Source: a virus (taxonomy: Duplodnaviria; Caudoviricetes). Taken from it: a stretch of 64,000 bases of DNA. The DNA is taken from positions 1-64,000 of the IMG/VR virus record IMGVR_UViG_2636415851_000001; one strand, 5' to 3'. Position numbers and translations under genes: made by a program. This document shows, one piece after another, positions 19,061 to 27,715 of the stretch; positions within the stretch are counted from its first letter, which is position 1; each line of letters starts with the position of its first letter. Below the pieces are notes generated by a model. The model worked only from the letters and a program-made list of their open reading frames with translations, did not search any database and was not told where the DNA came from.

Positions 19061-20438
19061 CAACAAGATCGAGCAGCTGGTGCTCGGCTGCATCCTCCTC
19101 AATGAGGAGAACTACTGGCACGTCAGCGACATCCTCACCATGGATCTCTTCGGATCCGAGGACCACCAGAAGATCTTCGCCATCATCCATGAGCTCGCCT
19201 GTGATGGGCGGGCCATCCGCGTCCCGATCGTCGCCGGCCGCATCGGCAGCCTCAGCGGGGGCAACGACCCGGAGGCATACACATCCATGCTCCTGCATGT
19301 GGCCTCCCGCGAGGAGGGAGGGATCCCGCTGCGCGACTACGCCTTCGAGCTCCGGGCGTCCGCCACGCGCCGAAAGGTGATCGCGCTGGCTGAGAACATG
19401 ATCAAGTCGGCGGGCAATCTCGCCTACGATCCAGACCAGATCGTCGACCGTGCCGCCGAGCGTCTGGCTGACATCTCACGGTCGGCCGCAATCGAATACG
19501 AGTCGACCGTCGCTGGCACAATCCGGCAGATCTACGAGTCGGCGTCGGCCCCAGGCTCGGGCATGGCGCTGCGTCCATGCCTCATCGGGCTGGAGAAGAT
19601 GGTCGGCTGCTTCCCGCAAGGCTCGCTGATCCTGTGGGGCGGGGCGCCGGGATCCGGCAAGACGGCGATGGCCATGCAGCAGATGCTGTTCTCCAGCACT
19701 GTGCACCCGACCTCGCTGTTCGAGCTGGAGATGGACAACAAGTCGCTGGTAGCACGCTCGATCGCCGGGCAGACGGGCGTCTCCATGCGCGACATCCTCC
19801 GGGGCTTGGACGAGCAGCAGATCGACGCGATGGTGGCGGCGCAGAAGCACTTCGCCGACCGCAAGCTGACCATCGTCTCGCCGTCGAAGATGACCATCCA
19901 GCAGGTGCGCAGCCGGGCCTATGCCCACAAGCGCAAGTTCGGCCTCGATCTCCTCTGCGTTGACCACCTGAAGCTGGTCGAGCGGCAGACCAAGACGCGC
20001 ATGGACCCGGTGGAGAGGGCCTATGAAAACGCGCGTGACCTGAAGGCGCTGGCCAAGGATCTCGACTGCACCGTCATCGGGCTCTGCCAGTTCACCAAGG
20101 CGGCACGCCAGAAGGAGCAACCGGAACCGGAGATGGAGGATTTCTACGGCGGGTCGCTGGAAGAACACGCCGACATCATGCTCGCCAACTTCAACCGCAA
20201 CGACTGGCTGAAGCGCAACCCGCCCATGACCAACAAGGGGAAGGCGGCCGAGGATTATCAGGCAAAGCTCAGAACGAGCGAAGGCAAGATCGAGGTCTAT
20301 AAACTGAAGGATCGCTTCGGCTCGCCGCGCGACCGGCACATCTTCGATTGGGACGGCAAGCTCACCCTCTTCAAGGACCAGATGGCGACGCAGACGTCGT
20401 TCCTGCCCGACGAAGAATTTGACCCTGCAGATCTGTGA
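19026..20438 (+). CDS. DnaB-like replicative helicase
   Basis: EQLVLGCILL N-terminal domain; GAPGSGKT, LEM, VDHL, GSLEEHAD, KDRFG. Confidence 0.9.
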   Translation: MSNDSAQSNIGNNKIEQLVLGCILLNEENYWHVSDILTMDLFGSEDHQKIFAIIHELACDGRAIRVPIVAGRIGSLSGGNDPEAYTSMLLHVASREEGGIPLRDYAFELRASATRRKVIALAENMIKSAGNLAYDPDQIVDRAAERLADISRSAAIEYESTVAGTIRQIYESASAPGSGMALRPCLIGLEKMVGCFPQGSLILWGGAPGSGKTAMAMQQMLFSSTVHPTSLFELEMDNKSLVARSIAGQTGVSMRDILRGLDEQQIDAMVAAQKHFADRKLTIVSPSKMTIQQVRSRAYAHKRKFGLDLLCVDHLKLVERQTKTRMDPVERAYENARDLKALAKDLDCTVIGLCQFTKAARQKEQPEPEMEDFYGGSLEEHADIMLANFNRNDWLKRNPPMTNKGKAAEDYQAKLRTSEGKIEVYKLKDRFGSPRDRHIFDWDGKLTLFKDQMATQTSFLPDEEFDPADL

Positions 20439-20448
20439 GGAGGGGACC

Positions 20449-20829
20449 ATGAACCAGTTCGATTTCGATACGGAGCAGCTCAGATCCGGCGGCTATATCG
20501 CAAAGCTGAGAACCGCCGGCGACGGCGACCTGAAGCCCATCCTGCAGGAAGGGGGGAGACCGATCATCTTCGGCAACGAGGTTGAGGCGCTGCGCTCCCT
20601 GCTTACCCACCTCTGCCGCTACGTTAATGGGCACCTGGTGCGGGACGGCGAGGTGGCAGGGGAAACGAGGAGCGAGGCGGAGGGAATCTTCAAGCCGGTG
20701 CTGAGGCAGAAGGGAAAGTCCAGGGTGATCACCGTGGCATACAAGGGGCAGAGACAGAGATGCGGACCAAGGAAACCAAGCGAGCAGCGAGACGAGTCAC
20801 CAAACACGCTGACGGAACCGTCTACGTAG
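20449..20829 (+). CDS. Hypothetical protein
   Basis: MNQFDF start after GAGGAGG. Confidence 0.6.
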   Translation: MNQFDFDTEQLRSGGYIAKLRTAGDGDLKPILQEGGRPIIFGNEVEALRSLLTHLCRYVNGHLVRDGEVAGETRSEAEGIFKPVLRQKGKSRVITVAYKGQRQRCGPRKPSEQRDESPNTLTEPST

Positions 20830-21128
20830 CATGGGTGCTGTGGCTGATCGGCATGTCCGAGCCGAAGATTGCGGCAGTGCTGCTGAAGCGGCCGAAGCAG
20901 ATCTCGGGTATAGTCACCCGGTCACCCTTCGCCAATCGCTCGGCCATGACGGACGGGCAGAGGCAAGCGGCACTGGACGAGCTGGCTTCGGTCAGGTTCG
21001 GGGAGGACGGCAAGCCGATCGACGGCGGGATCCTCGACAAGGTGCCGATGAAGATCATCCCGCTGCAGGGCAAGCAGCGCAAGGCAAGGAGTAGCAACGG
21101 TGGCAACCGGACAGGGCATTCTCGATAG
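20760..21128 (+). CDS. Hypothetical HTH-like protein
   Basis: GMSEPKIAAVLLKRPKQISGIV. Confidence 0.6.
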   Translation: MRTKETKRAARRVTKHADGTVYVAWVLWLIGMSEPKIAAVLLKRPKQISGIVTRSPFANRSAMTDGQRQAALDELASVRFGEDGKPIDGGILDKVPMKIIPLQGKQRKARSSNGGNRTGHSR

Positions 21129-21915
21129 GCTGAAACGCGCCAAGGCCAGTGCCGATGAGGCGCCGCGGGGCGTCCTGCCGCTCGTGGCCTTCTACGGCAG
21201 GGACGAGGAGAGGGAGGATATGCGGACCCGGATGTATCAGTCCGTCAGCCGGGTCATGAACGCGCTCGACGTGGGCGACGCGCCGAAGCCGCGGGGCGAG
21301 AACAGCCACCACCTGATGCTCGACATGAACGACGCCGTCACCTTCCTCAATGCAAGCTCGAGTCCTGTTGAGTATCTGGTGTCGCGCGGCGAGCTCGAGC
21401 TTGAGGGTGACGACGCCGGCATGGGTGGCATGCGCTTCCACACGGCGCTGCGCTTCCGCGATCTCGTCAATGGTGCGCAGGTAAAGGGACTGAAGTCTCC
21501 CTCGCTGGAGGGGACGGGCGGCGGTGGCGGTGTGGCGACCGACATAAGGGGCTACCAGCTGGACTGCATCAACCTGATCGGCAAGATCCGCAAGGGAATG
21601 CCGGAGCCGTGGATCTACCCGATGATGGAGGCGGTAGTGTTCATGGATGAATGGCTCGATCTCGGGCCGGAGAGGGAGTCCCGCGCCGTGAAGCGCGAGA
21701 CCCTGGCAAAGCGAAGGCTGAAGACCCTGCATGCTTTGCATTACGCGCTTGACCGGACGGGGGTCGTGCTCGGCTACATGGCCGAAGACGATTTCATGCA
21801 GCGGTGGCCGGACGGGGTTCCTGCTTTCCCGCCATCAGTTCGTCGTCGTAGTCAGGAGTCCAAGGCTGCAAACCAGCTCGCACTGCTGACATTGCCAGCC
21901 TCTCGGCGAGCGTAA
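21100..21915 (+). CDS. Hypothetical protein at the end of the PR operon (candidate late regulator by position only)
   Basis: 271 aa ORF with AAGGAG RBS. Confidence 0.55.
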   Translation: MATGQGILDRLKRAKASADEAPRGVLPLVAFYGRDEEREDMRTRMYQSVSRVMNALDVGDAPKPRGENSHHLMLDMNDAVTFLNASSSPVEYLVSRGELELEGDDAGMGGMRFHTALRFRDLVNGAQVKGLKSPSLEGTGGGGGVATDIRGYQLDCINLIGKIRKGMPEPWIYPMMEAVVFMDEWLDLGPERESRAVKRETLAKRRLKTLHALHYALDRTGVVLGYMAEDDFMQRWPDGVPAFPPSVRRRSQESKAANQLALLTLPASRRA

Positions 21916-22048
21916 GCTCACGGCGGCCGGTGAAAGTTTGGCTGGCGGTGGTGGCGCTGTCGATGCCGATCTCGCCGGCCGCCTTGCTGACCTGCTTCTG
22001 GTTAAAGCCCATGCGGGCCACCCAAATGCGGAAGTGGTTGGTGCTCAT
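21794..22048 (-). CDS. Small HTH regulator
   Basis: FRIWVARMGFNQKQVSKAAGEIG...LAMSAV; AGGAG RBS. Confidence 0.65.
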   Translation of the reverse strand: MSTNHFRIWVARMGFNQKQVSKAAGEIGIDSATTASQTFTGRRELTLAERLAMSAVRAGLQPWTPDYDDELMAGKQEPRPATAA

Positions 22049-22494
22049 GTCTTCTCCTGGCATTGTTCGGTGATGGTCTCGGCGATGCGGAAGTTCTCCT
22101 CGCTGTGAGCGATGAGCCTGGCGGTTACGTGGACGGAGTGCGGGATGTCCTGCTCTCCGTCCAACCATTTCATAACCCGGGCCTGAGGCACCCCCACGAT
22201 CTCCGCAAAATAGGTGGGTGTGATGTTGATCTCGTCCAGCAAAACTGCGAGCTCGGCGCCGGTGAGGCGGACGTAGCCACCAGCCTTGCGGGTGTCGACC
22301 GTGCGGCTGTCGAAGAGGCGGATGACCGCGTCCTTGGCAGCGGACTCGGCTGCCGCCTCAGTCGGGAAGAGCTTCACCCCGCCACTATCCCGGACGAGAT
22401 CCGGGACGAGGCCAGGCAAGGCGAATTGTGCGGCGAAGCGATCGCCGCGGGGGAGTGCCTTGGCGATAAGGCGGGATGCGGGTTTGTTGCTCAT
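22045..22494 (-). CDS. Two-domain protein with C-terminal XRE HTH
   Basis: LTGAELAVLLDEINITPTYFAEIVGVPQARVMKWLDGEQDIP. Confidence 0.75.
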   Translation of the reverse strand: MSNKPASRLIAKALPRGDRFAAQFALPGLVPDLVRDSGGVKLFPTEAAAESAAKDAVIRLFDSRTVDTRKAGGYVRLTGAELAVLLDEINITPTYFAEIVGVPQARVMKWLDGEQDIPHSVHVTARLIAHSEENFRIAETITEQCQEKT

Positions 22495-22520
22495 GACTTT
22501 CCTTGCTTCACTCAACGGGG

Positions 22521-24077
22521 TTACCACCGCATGCTGTTCTGCTTGCGGCCATCCTTCCAGACTCTGATCATCAGCGTGTTAACGTAAGTGCCGACCTCGG
22601 CAAAGGAGCCGGTCGGGAGGTCTTGCCATTCCGCCTTCATCTTGGCCATCAGCTCGCGGAAGGCGATCGACTTCTTCGTCTCCCGAAACTCCGTGCCCGC
22701 CGACATGATGGCGACGAGGCAACCGTCGGGCTTCAGGAAGTCGAGCGCGTGGACGACATGGTCGATGTCACGCTCCCGGTCGAAGGGCGGGTTCATGACG
22801 ATGCGGTCATAGAGCCGGGCCGGATCCGGCTGCACCTTGAGGAAGTCAGCGCAGGTCACCCGCCCGTAGATGCCGGCCGCTTGAAGTTCGTGTGCCAGGT
22901 GCGGCTGGACCTCGATACAATCGACGAGATTGTCGAAGCGGTACTCGTTCATGTAGCGATCGCGGCCACCCGACCAGTTGTCGAAGGCGGCAGGGGTGGT
23001 GATGCAGCGACGGGCGAGGTTGCCGGTGCCGGCCGACGGCTCGAGGATGCGCAGCTGCGGCTCCTCCTTCTTCCGAAGGAGAGAGATCTTGCTGATCAGA
23101 TTGTCGGCTGCGGAGTCAGGCGTCGGGTAGAAGCCGAAGTAGCGGGCCGGCGTCGTCTTGACGTTCTTGAGGGGATCCTCTTCCTTCGTCATGCCGTCGC
23201 CGATCACCTCGCCATAGTGCTCGGCCAGGATCTTGTTGATCTTCTCGACGAGATCCTTGCGGGTGAACCACAGGTGGGCATTGCCGTTCTTGAAGATGCG
23301 GATCCGGAAATAGTCTCCCTCATGCTCGCTCTGGTGCGGCGTGAAGCGGCTCGTTCTTTCCCTGTCGATCTTGGCAACGATGCTGGCATACTTCGCCTTT
23401 GCAGGCTTGCCGTCGAGGACCAGGAATGTGCGCTCAACGTCGTAGAGAAGATCGACCTTGCCGCCGAAGCTCCTGAACCAGCCATCACGATCCACGATGT
23501 AATCGAGGATCATGCGAGAGCCGACCTTGAACCCGTCATGTGAGCGGAACCTTCGGTCCAGCTTCGTGAAGACGTTGACGATGCCGCGGCGGAAGATCAT
23601 CTCGGCGTCGCCCTGGAAGCGGTCGAGCGTAGCGTAGATGTTCTCCGGGGTGACAGGCGGCAGCATCCGGTCGATCTCGTCCTGATTGATGATCTCACCG
23701 TCCCGACCTCTGCGTTCGGGAACATACTTCATCTGCGACCGCAGCTCTTTCTTCGCTTGCGCGTCCATCAGCTGCTCGATGCCGGCCATGTCTATGACGT
23801 GGGTCCAGACAGTGACGTCGATCAAGCGGCGAGCAGTGCGTAGGTAGCGATCGCGGTCAGGAAGATTGACCGCGTTGTGGAAATGGCTGATCTCTTCACG
23901 GCTGTCCGACCAGTCGCCGGGCTTGCCAGGTGCAGCGGCTTCCCAAAGCGCGCTGGCTTGGGCGACGGCCTTGGCAGCCTCCTCAATCTTCTCGAAGGCG
24001 AGCTCGTAGTGGCGTATGGCCTCGTCGCGGAAGGCGCAGACCTGTTCGACGGTGTGGGTGGGGACCAGTGCGTTCAT
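22521..24077 (-). CDS. DUF4942-type N6-adenine DNA methyltransferase
   Basis: YFRIRIFKNGNAHLWF, FYPTP, ILEPSAGTG, IVMNPPF. Confidence 0.88.
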   Translation of the reverse strand: MNALVPTHTVEQVCAFRDEAIRHYELAFEKIEEAAKAVAQASALWEAAAPGKPGDWSDSREEISHFHNAVNLPDRDRYLRTARRLIDVTVWTHVIDMAGIEQLMDAQAKKELRSQMKYVPERRGRDGEIINQDEIDRMLPPVTPENIYATLDRFQGDAEMIFRRGIVNVFTKLDRRFRSHDGFKVGSRMILDYIVDRDGWFRSFGGKVDLLYDVERTFLVLDGKPAKAKYASIVAKIDRERTSRFTPHQSEHEGDYFRIRIFKNGNAHLWFTRKDLVEKINKILAEHYGEVIGDGMTKEEDPLKNVKTTPARYFGFYPTPDSAADNLISKISLLRKKEEPQLRILEPSAGTGNLARRCITTPAAFDNWSGGRDRYMNEYRFDNLVDCIEVQPHLAHELQAAGIYGRVTCADFLKVQPDPARLYDRIVMNPPFDRERDIDHVVHALDFLKPDGCLVAIMSAGTEFRETKKSIAFRELMAKMKAEWQDLPTGSFAEVGTYVNTLMIRVWKDGRKQNSMRW

Positions 24078-24109
24078 GATGTTCTCCTTGGTGCCATGGG
24101 CGGCGGGTT

Positions 24110-25171
24110 TCAGGCGGCTTCCTTGCGGGCCTTCTCGTCGAGTAGCCCCGCATAGCGCTCGTGGATGCTGTCGACAGTGAGGTGGTGAGACGTGAAGCCG
24201 TAGATCTCGGTGACTTGATTTCGGACGGAGGCGAGGATCTCTGCCTCATCATTCGTCAACATGCGGGTGGGCCAGCCCTTGACGTAGAGCATGGGCTTGG
24301 TGATCTGCCCTTCGATCTCCTTGCGCAGCGTGGCTCGATGCTTAGCCAGTTGCAGCGCCTCCCGTTCGTCGGAAGTCAGGAGGTGAGGAGCGACGTCGCC
24401 CAGCCAGCGTGACCCCTGAAATGCAAAGCCACTCTCGGACTCGAGGCGGACCATGCGGCGATAGAGCTCGTGGCTTTCCGGTACTGCCGTGGCAGCCGTG
24501 AGGTCGGCGATGTTCGACATGATGCAGAAGCGGCAGGACACCCGCGTCATTCCGTGGACGCGGTACGCCGGGTGTGGAGTGAGGCCGGAGCGATCGATCA
24601 TCCCGAAGACATCGTCGGTGGTGAGCTCGATGATCGGGCGCCACGTCCAGACCTGGCCGCCGGCATCGCTGTCGGCCACCGACATGCGGGCCCTGGCCGC
24701 GCTCTCTTCTCGGCGGACGCCGATCACATTGAGGATCTTCTGTCCTTTGAACCTCGATTTCAGATCCGCCATGATGACGTGCGTCTTCAGTTCGGAGGTG
24801 CAGAATCGCATGGCCGGTGTGGACCAGCAGGGGACGAGGGTGACGGTGCTCAACGTCTCGTAGCGCGTCTTGCTCGACAGCCACCGGCTTTCCCAGCGCT
24901 CCATCAGGCCACCTGCCTTACGTCGGACGACAACGAGATCGCATTCGAGGTGGTCGGCCAGCTCTTGGCAGACGCGCAAGCTATCGTCCCACTCGACGGT
25001 GCCGAGATCCGCATGGACCAGGATGCGCGGCCCCTTATGATCGAGGGCATTCAGGTAGTGGAAGGTGGCGATCGCTGCCGCCTGGCTGTCCTTACCGCCC
25101 GACACACCGATGGCGACCGGTGCGTTCGAGGCAACGAGGGATACGATGTCGTCGGTGACCGAGACAGTCAT
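24110..25171 (-). CDS. PAPS reductase/DndC-like PP-loop protein
   Basis: VSGGKDS, RFCTSELK, GVRREES..R, RVSCRFC. Confidence 0.88.
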   Translation of the reverse strand: MTVSVTDDIVSLVASNAPVAIGVSGGKDSQAAAIATFHYLNALDHKGPRILVHADLGTVEWDDSLRVCQELADHLECDLVVVRRKAGGLMERWESRWLSSKTRYETLSTVTLVPCWSTPAMRFCTSELKTHVIMADLKSRFKGQKILNVIGVRREESAARARMSVADSDAGGQVWTWRPIIELTTDDVFGMIDRSGLTPHPAYRVHGMTRVSCRFCIMSNIADLTAATAVPESHELYRRMVRLESESGFAFQGSRWLGDVAPHLLTSDEREALQLAKHRATLRKEIEGQITKPMLYVKGWPTRMLTNDEAEILASVRNQVTEIYGFTSHHLTVDSIHERYAGLLDEKARKEAA

Positions 25172-25227
25172 GGTGTTCTCCGTGTGCTCATAATTGAGGG
25201 GGTGGGGGAGGCGCTTTTGCGCCGCCC

Positions 25228-26442
25228 TTATTCTTCCTTCAGCTTTGCGACGACAGCGCGCATCTCTTCCATCGCGGCAATCCGCTCCGGGGTATAGGCG
25301 AGGGAGGTGACGACCTTCTCTGCTGCTTCGAGGAGGGCTACGTCACCTGCCTCGATCATGTCGGCCGCTTCCTCAATGTCGGTCGGGAAGTAGTGGCCGG
25401 CGGCATCGATCAGGCTGTGGCGAAGTATCCTCGCGTAGTGACGCAGGCAGTCGACGACGAAGGGGATCTTCACGCCATAGGCCTCGCGGGCAATGCCGGT
25501 AGGCGGACCACCCTCCCTCGATAGGGGTGATGGGTGGCACTGGCACCCGCTGACCGTGCCGGTTGAGCAGGCATCGCAGATGTAAGGCAGATCCACATTC
25601 GGCACGGGAGCGCTGGCGATTGCAGCCACCTTTGCAGCGCAATCGGCGCAGTAAACGGACCCAACGCCACCTGCTTCGAAGCGCTCGGTTGCGGGCTTCT
25701 CGCAGCCATCGCTCGCACACATATGTGGAACGGGAGGTGGAGTGACGAGCGGCTTGATCGCCTCGATGATTGCGGCGATCGCTTCATGGTCGAGGTGCAG
25801 TCTCCCCTTGCCGGCCCACCACAGATAGACGCCCTCATGGGGGGCGGTATGTTGCGTGGCCTGCTCCAGTTCGGCGACGAGCTGGCGGACCCAGCCCCGG
25901 CTCAAGGAGGATAATCCAGACCGGAATGATTGGGTTGCTGGGAGAGATGCTTCCAGGACGGCCCTGGCCTCATCGCGGAAGCGCGGCCTGTCATGGACGC
26001 TGCTCCATTCATCGCCGGCCAGCGCAATGGCGCCGGCTTCCACCGCCGCATCCGTGATGGTCGACCCCGACCCGGGGTGAGGGATGTTCGTGGTGACGAG
26101 ACCGCCGTCCTTCGATGCGCCGTGAGTGACGACGCGAGCCGGATGGTAGCCGGTGCTGCTCCCGCCTCTCGCAGTGGAAGAAACGTCGTCCTCTTCAGCG
26201 TGAGGTTCCACCCGCACCCCGACGGCAGGGTTGGGTGCGTTGCCGGACACCACTCGCTCGTGAGGGGTATTGGCATAGACTTCCACGGGCCCGGTGATGG
26301 GGATGAGGGGCACGCGAGAGGCAGCCATCTCGCAGTCCTGAAGGTACCGCTTATGGATCTGATCGTACCAGTACACCGAGGGCTCCTGGCCGTAGGCCTC
26401 GACCAGCGACATGAAGGTGCGCTGACGTGTATCGTCTGTCAT
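25228..26442 (-). CDS. Mosaic hypothetical protein with Cys clusters
   Basis: 404 aa ORF with AAGGAG RBS; CxxxxC and CxxC motifs. Confidence 0.6.
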   Translation of the reverse strand: MTDDTRQRTFMSLVEAYGQEPSVYWYDQIHKRYLQDCEMAASRVPLIPITGPVEVYANTPHERVVSGNAPNPAVGVRVEPHAEEDDVSSTARGGSSTGYHPARVVTHGASKDGGLVTTNIPHPGSGSTITDAAVEAGAIALAGDEWSSVHDRPRFRDEARAVLEASLPATQSFRSGLSSLSRGWVRQLVAELEQATQHTAPHEGVYLWWAGKGRLHLDHEAIAAIIEAIKPLVTPPPVPHMCASDGCEKPATERFEAGGVGSVYCADCAAKVAAIASAPVPNVDLPYICDACSTGTVSGCQCHPSPLSREGGPPTGIAREAYGVKIPFVVDCLRHYARILRHSLIDAAGHYFPTDIEEAADMIEAGDVALLEAAEKVVTSLAYTPERIAAMEEMRAVVAKLKEE

Positions 26443-26482
26443 TTCAGTGTTCTCCTTGGTTCATGATTGAGGGTGGGGTGGG

Positions 26483-26737
26483 TCAACTTTCGGCGACACC
26501 GTCCAGCTTGCGAAAGACGCTGCGGATGTCGCTTTCGAGATCGCCGTGCGGATCGTACCACTTGCCGTCGAGGCGGTCGCGGATCCGCTGCAGTGCTTCT
26601 GCCGCCTTGTTGACCGGGATGCCGTAGTGGATGCCGCACTCATGGCACTGCACTGCCACGACGAGGCCACGCGCCCCTCCCGTTGGGGAGCGGCGACGTT
26701 CGGCGCACGCATGGCACTTCGGTTGATGTGTCATCAC
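26483..26737 (-). CDS. Small Zn-ribbon protein
   Basis: CHAC...CHECG. Confidence 0.55.
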   Translation of the reverse strand: MMTHQPKCHACAERRRSPTGGARGLVVAVQCHECGIHYGIPVNKAAEALQRIRDRLDGKWYDPHGDLESDIRSVFRKLDGVAES

Positions 26738-26788
26738 CCGTCTCCTTTGTTGAACATTGCAGGAATGGAAAGGGGCGCCGCAGCGCCC

Positions 26789-27103
26789 CTAGAACAGTAG
26801 TTTGTAGAAGCCGTACCATGCGGCCAAGCAAAAGAGCCCGGCCCCCACCAGCATCTTGAGGCGTGTGGTAGGGCGCCATGGCCCGCGATGCTTCTTGTCC
26901 ATAGGCATGTCGTGTCTCCGAGTTGGGTTGGGCTGCGAAGCGCTGCGCCACCCACCCTGCTCGAAGCCGCACGAGCGGCAAGTCACCTTGTCGACGGACA
27001 CCCTCCAGCCGATGATGGAGAGCCCGTTCATGACGACGTCCGAGGACGAGCACTCAGGGCAGCGCACCTCTATCTTAAAGTTGGTTGCGTTAATTATGTC
27101 CAT
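26789..27103 (-). CDS. Zn-ribbon protein with C-terminal TM helix (possibly two genes)
   Basis: CPEC...CRSCG; internal RBS and ATG near 26908. Confidence 0.5.
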   Translation of the reverse strand: MDIINATNFKIEVRCPECSSSDVVMNGLSIIGWRVSVDKVTCRSCGFEQGGWRSASQPNPTRRHDMPMDKKHRGPWRPTTRLKMLVGAGLFCLAAWYGFYKLLF

Positions 27104-27108
27104 ACCAG

Positions 27109-27600
27109 CTACCCCTGCGGGATCGGGGTCGGCGTCTTCTGCCGGCTGACCGGCTTGAAGCGCCCCCTGTTCCGGTAGATGCCATCCGACAGGTTGTCGA
27201 GGACGTACCAGCCAGACGTAGTGAACACGATGAGGACCATGTGCTTCTGGCCGAGCGCTTTCCCGCGGCCGAGCCTCATCGAGGTGACGGGGATACCGGC
27301 TTTCACCAGGCGGTCCAGCTTGGTGACCGCGAAGTCGTCGCAGTCACCCTGCCGTCCGCCGATGGTCCAGGTGTCCAGCTTCCCATCCGCCACCCACACC
27401 ATGGAGCCGTTCACAGACTTGTTCACCTCCTCCAGCTTGGCGAGGTTGATGTCGGCCTCATGGAGAGGCGCCGTGTAGACTGACGTGTAGTACCAGGCAC
27501 GCGGTCCAGCGACGGCGCTGCCGCCGAACGCAAGCCAGGCTGCGATGCCTATCGCTGCGCACCGAACGATGGCGGCGCGTCCATATCTCATGCTGTTCAT
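27109..27600 (-). CDS. Secreted transglutaminase-like cysteine peptidase (BTLCP/LapG family)
   Basis: Signal peptide; GDCDDFAVTK, HMVL, VLDN Cys-His-Asp triad. Confidence 0.85.
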   Translation of the reverse strand: MNSMRYGRAAIVRCAAIGIAAWLAFGGSAVAGPRAWYYTSVYTAPLHEADINLAKLEEVNKSVNGSMVWVADGKLDTWTIGGRQGDCDDFAVTKLDRLVKAGIPVTSMRLGRGKALGQKHMVLIVFTTSGWYVLDNLSDGIYRNRGRFKPVSRQKTPTPIPQG

Positions 27601-27629
27601 GGCGGGTCTCCGAAAGGTTGGACACCCCC

Positions 27630-27713
27630 TCAAGGAGAGGGCGCGAGGTAGACAATTATGGCGACCACTGCGATCGCCAGCAATCCCATCCAGAAGTGAC
27701 GGTCCGGGTTCAT
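27630..27713 (-). CDS. 27 aa single-TM microprotein (MNPDRHFWMGLLAIAVVAIIVYLAPSP)
   Basis: Translated by hand; directly follows the beta-clamp stop. Confidence 0.5.
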   Translation of the reverse strand: MNPDRHFWMGLLAIAVVAIIVYLAPSP

Positions 27714-27715
27714 GG

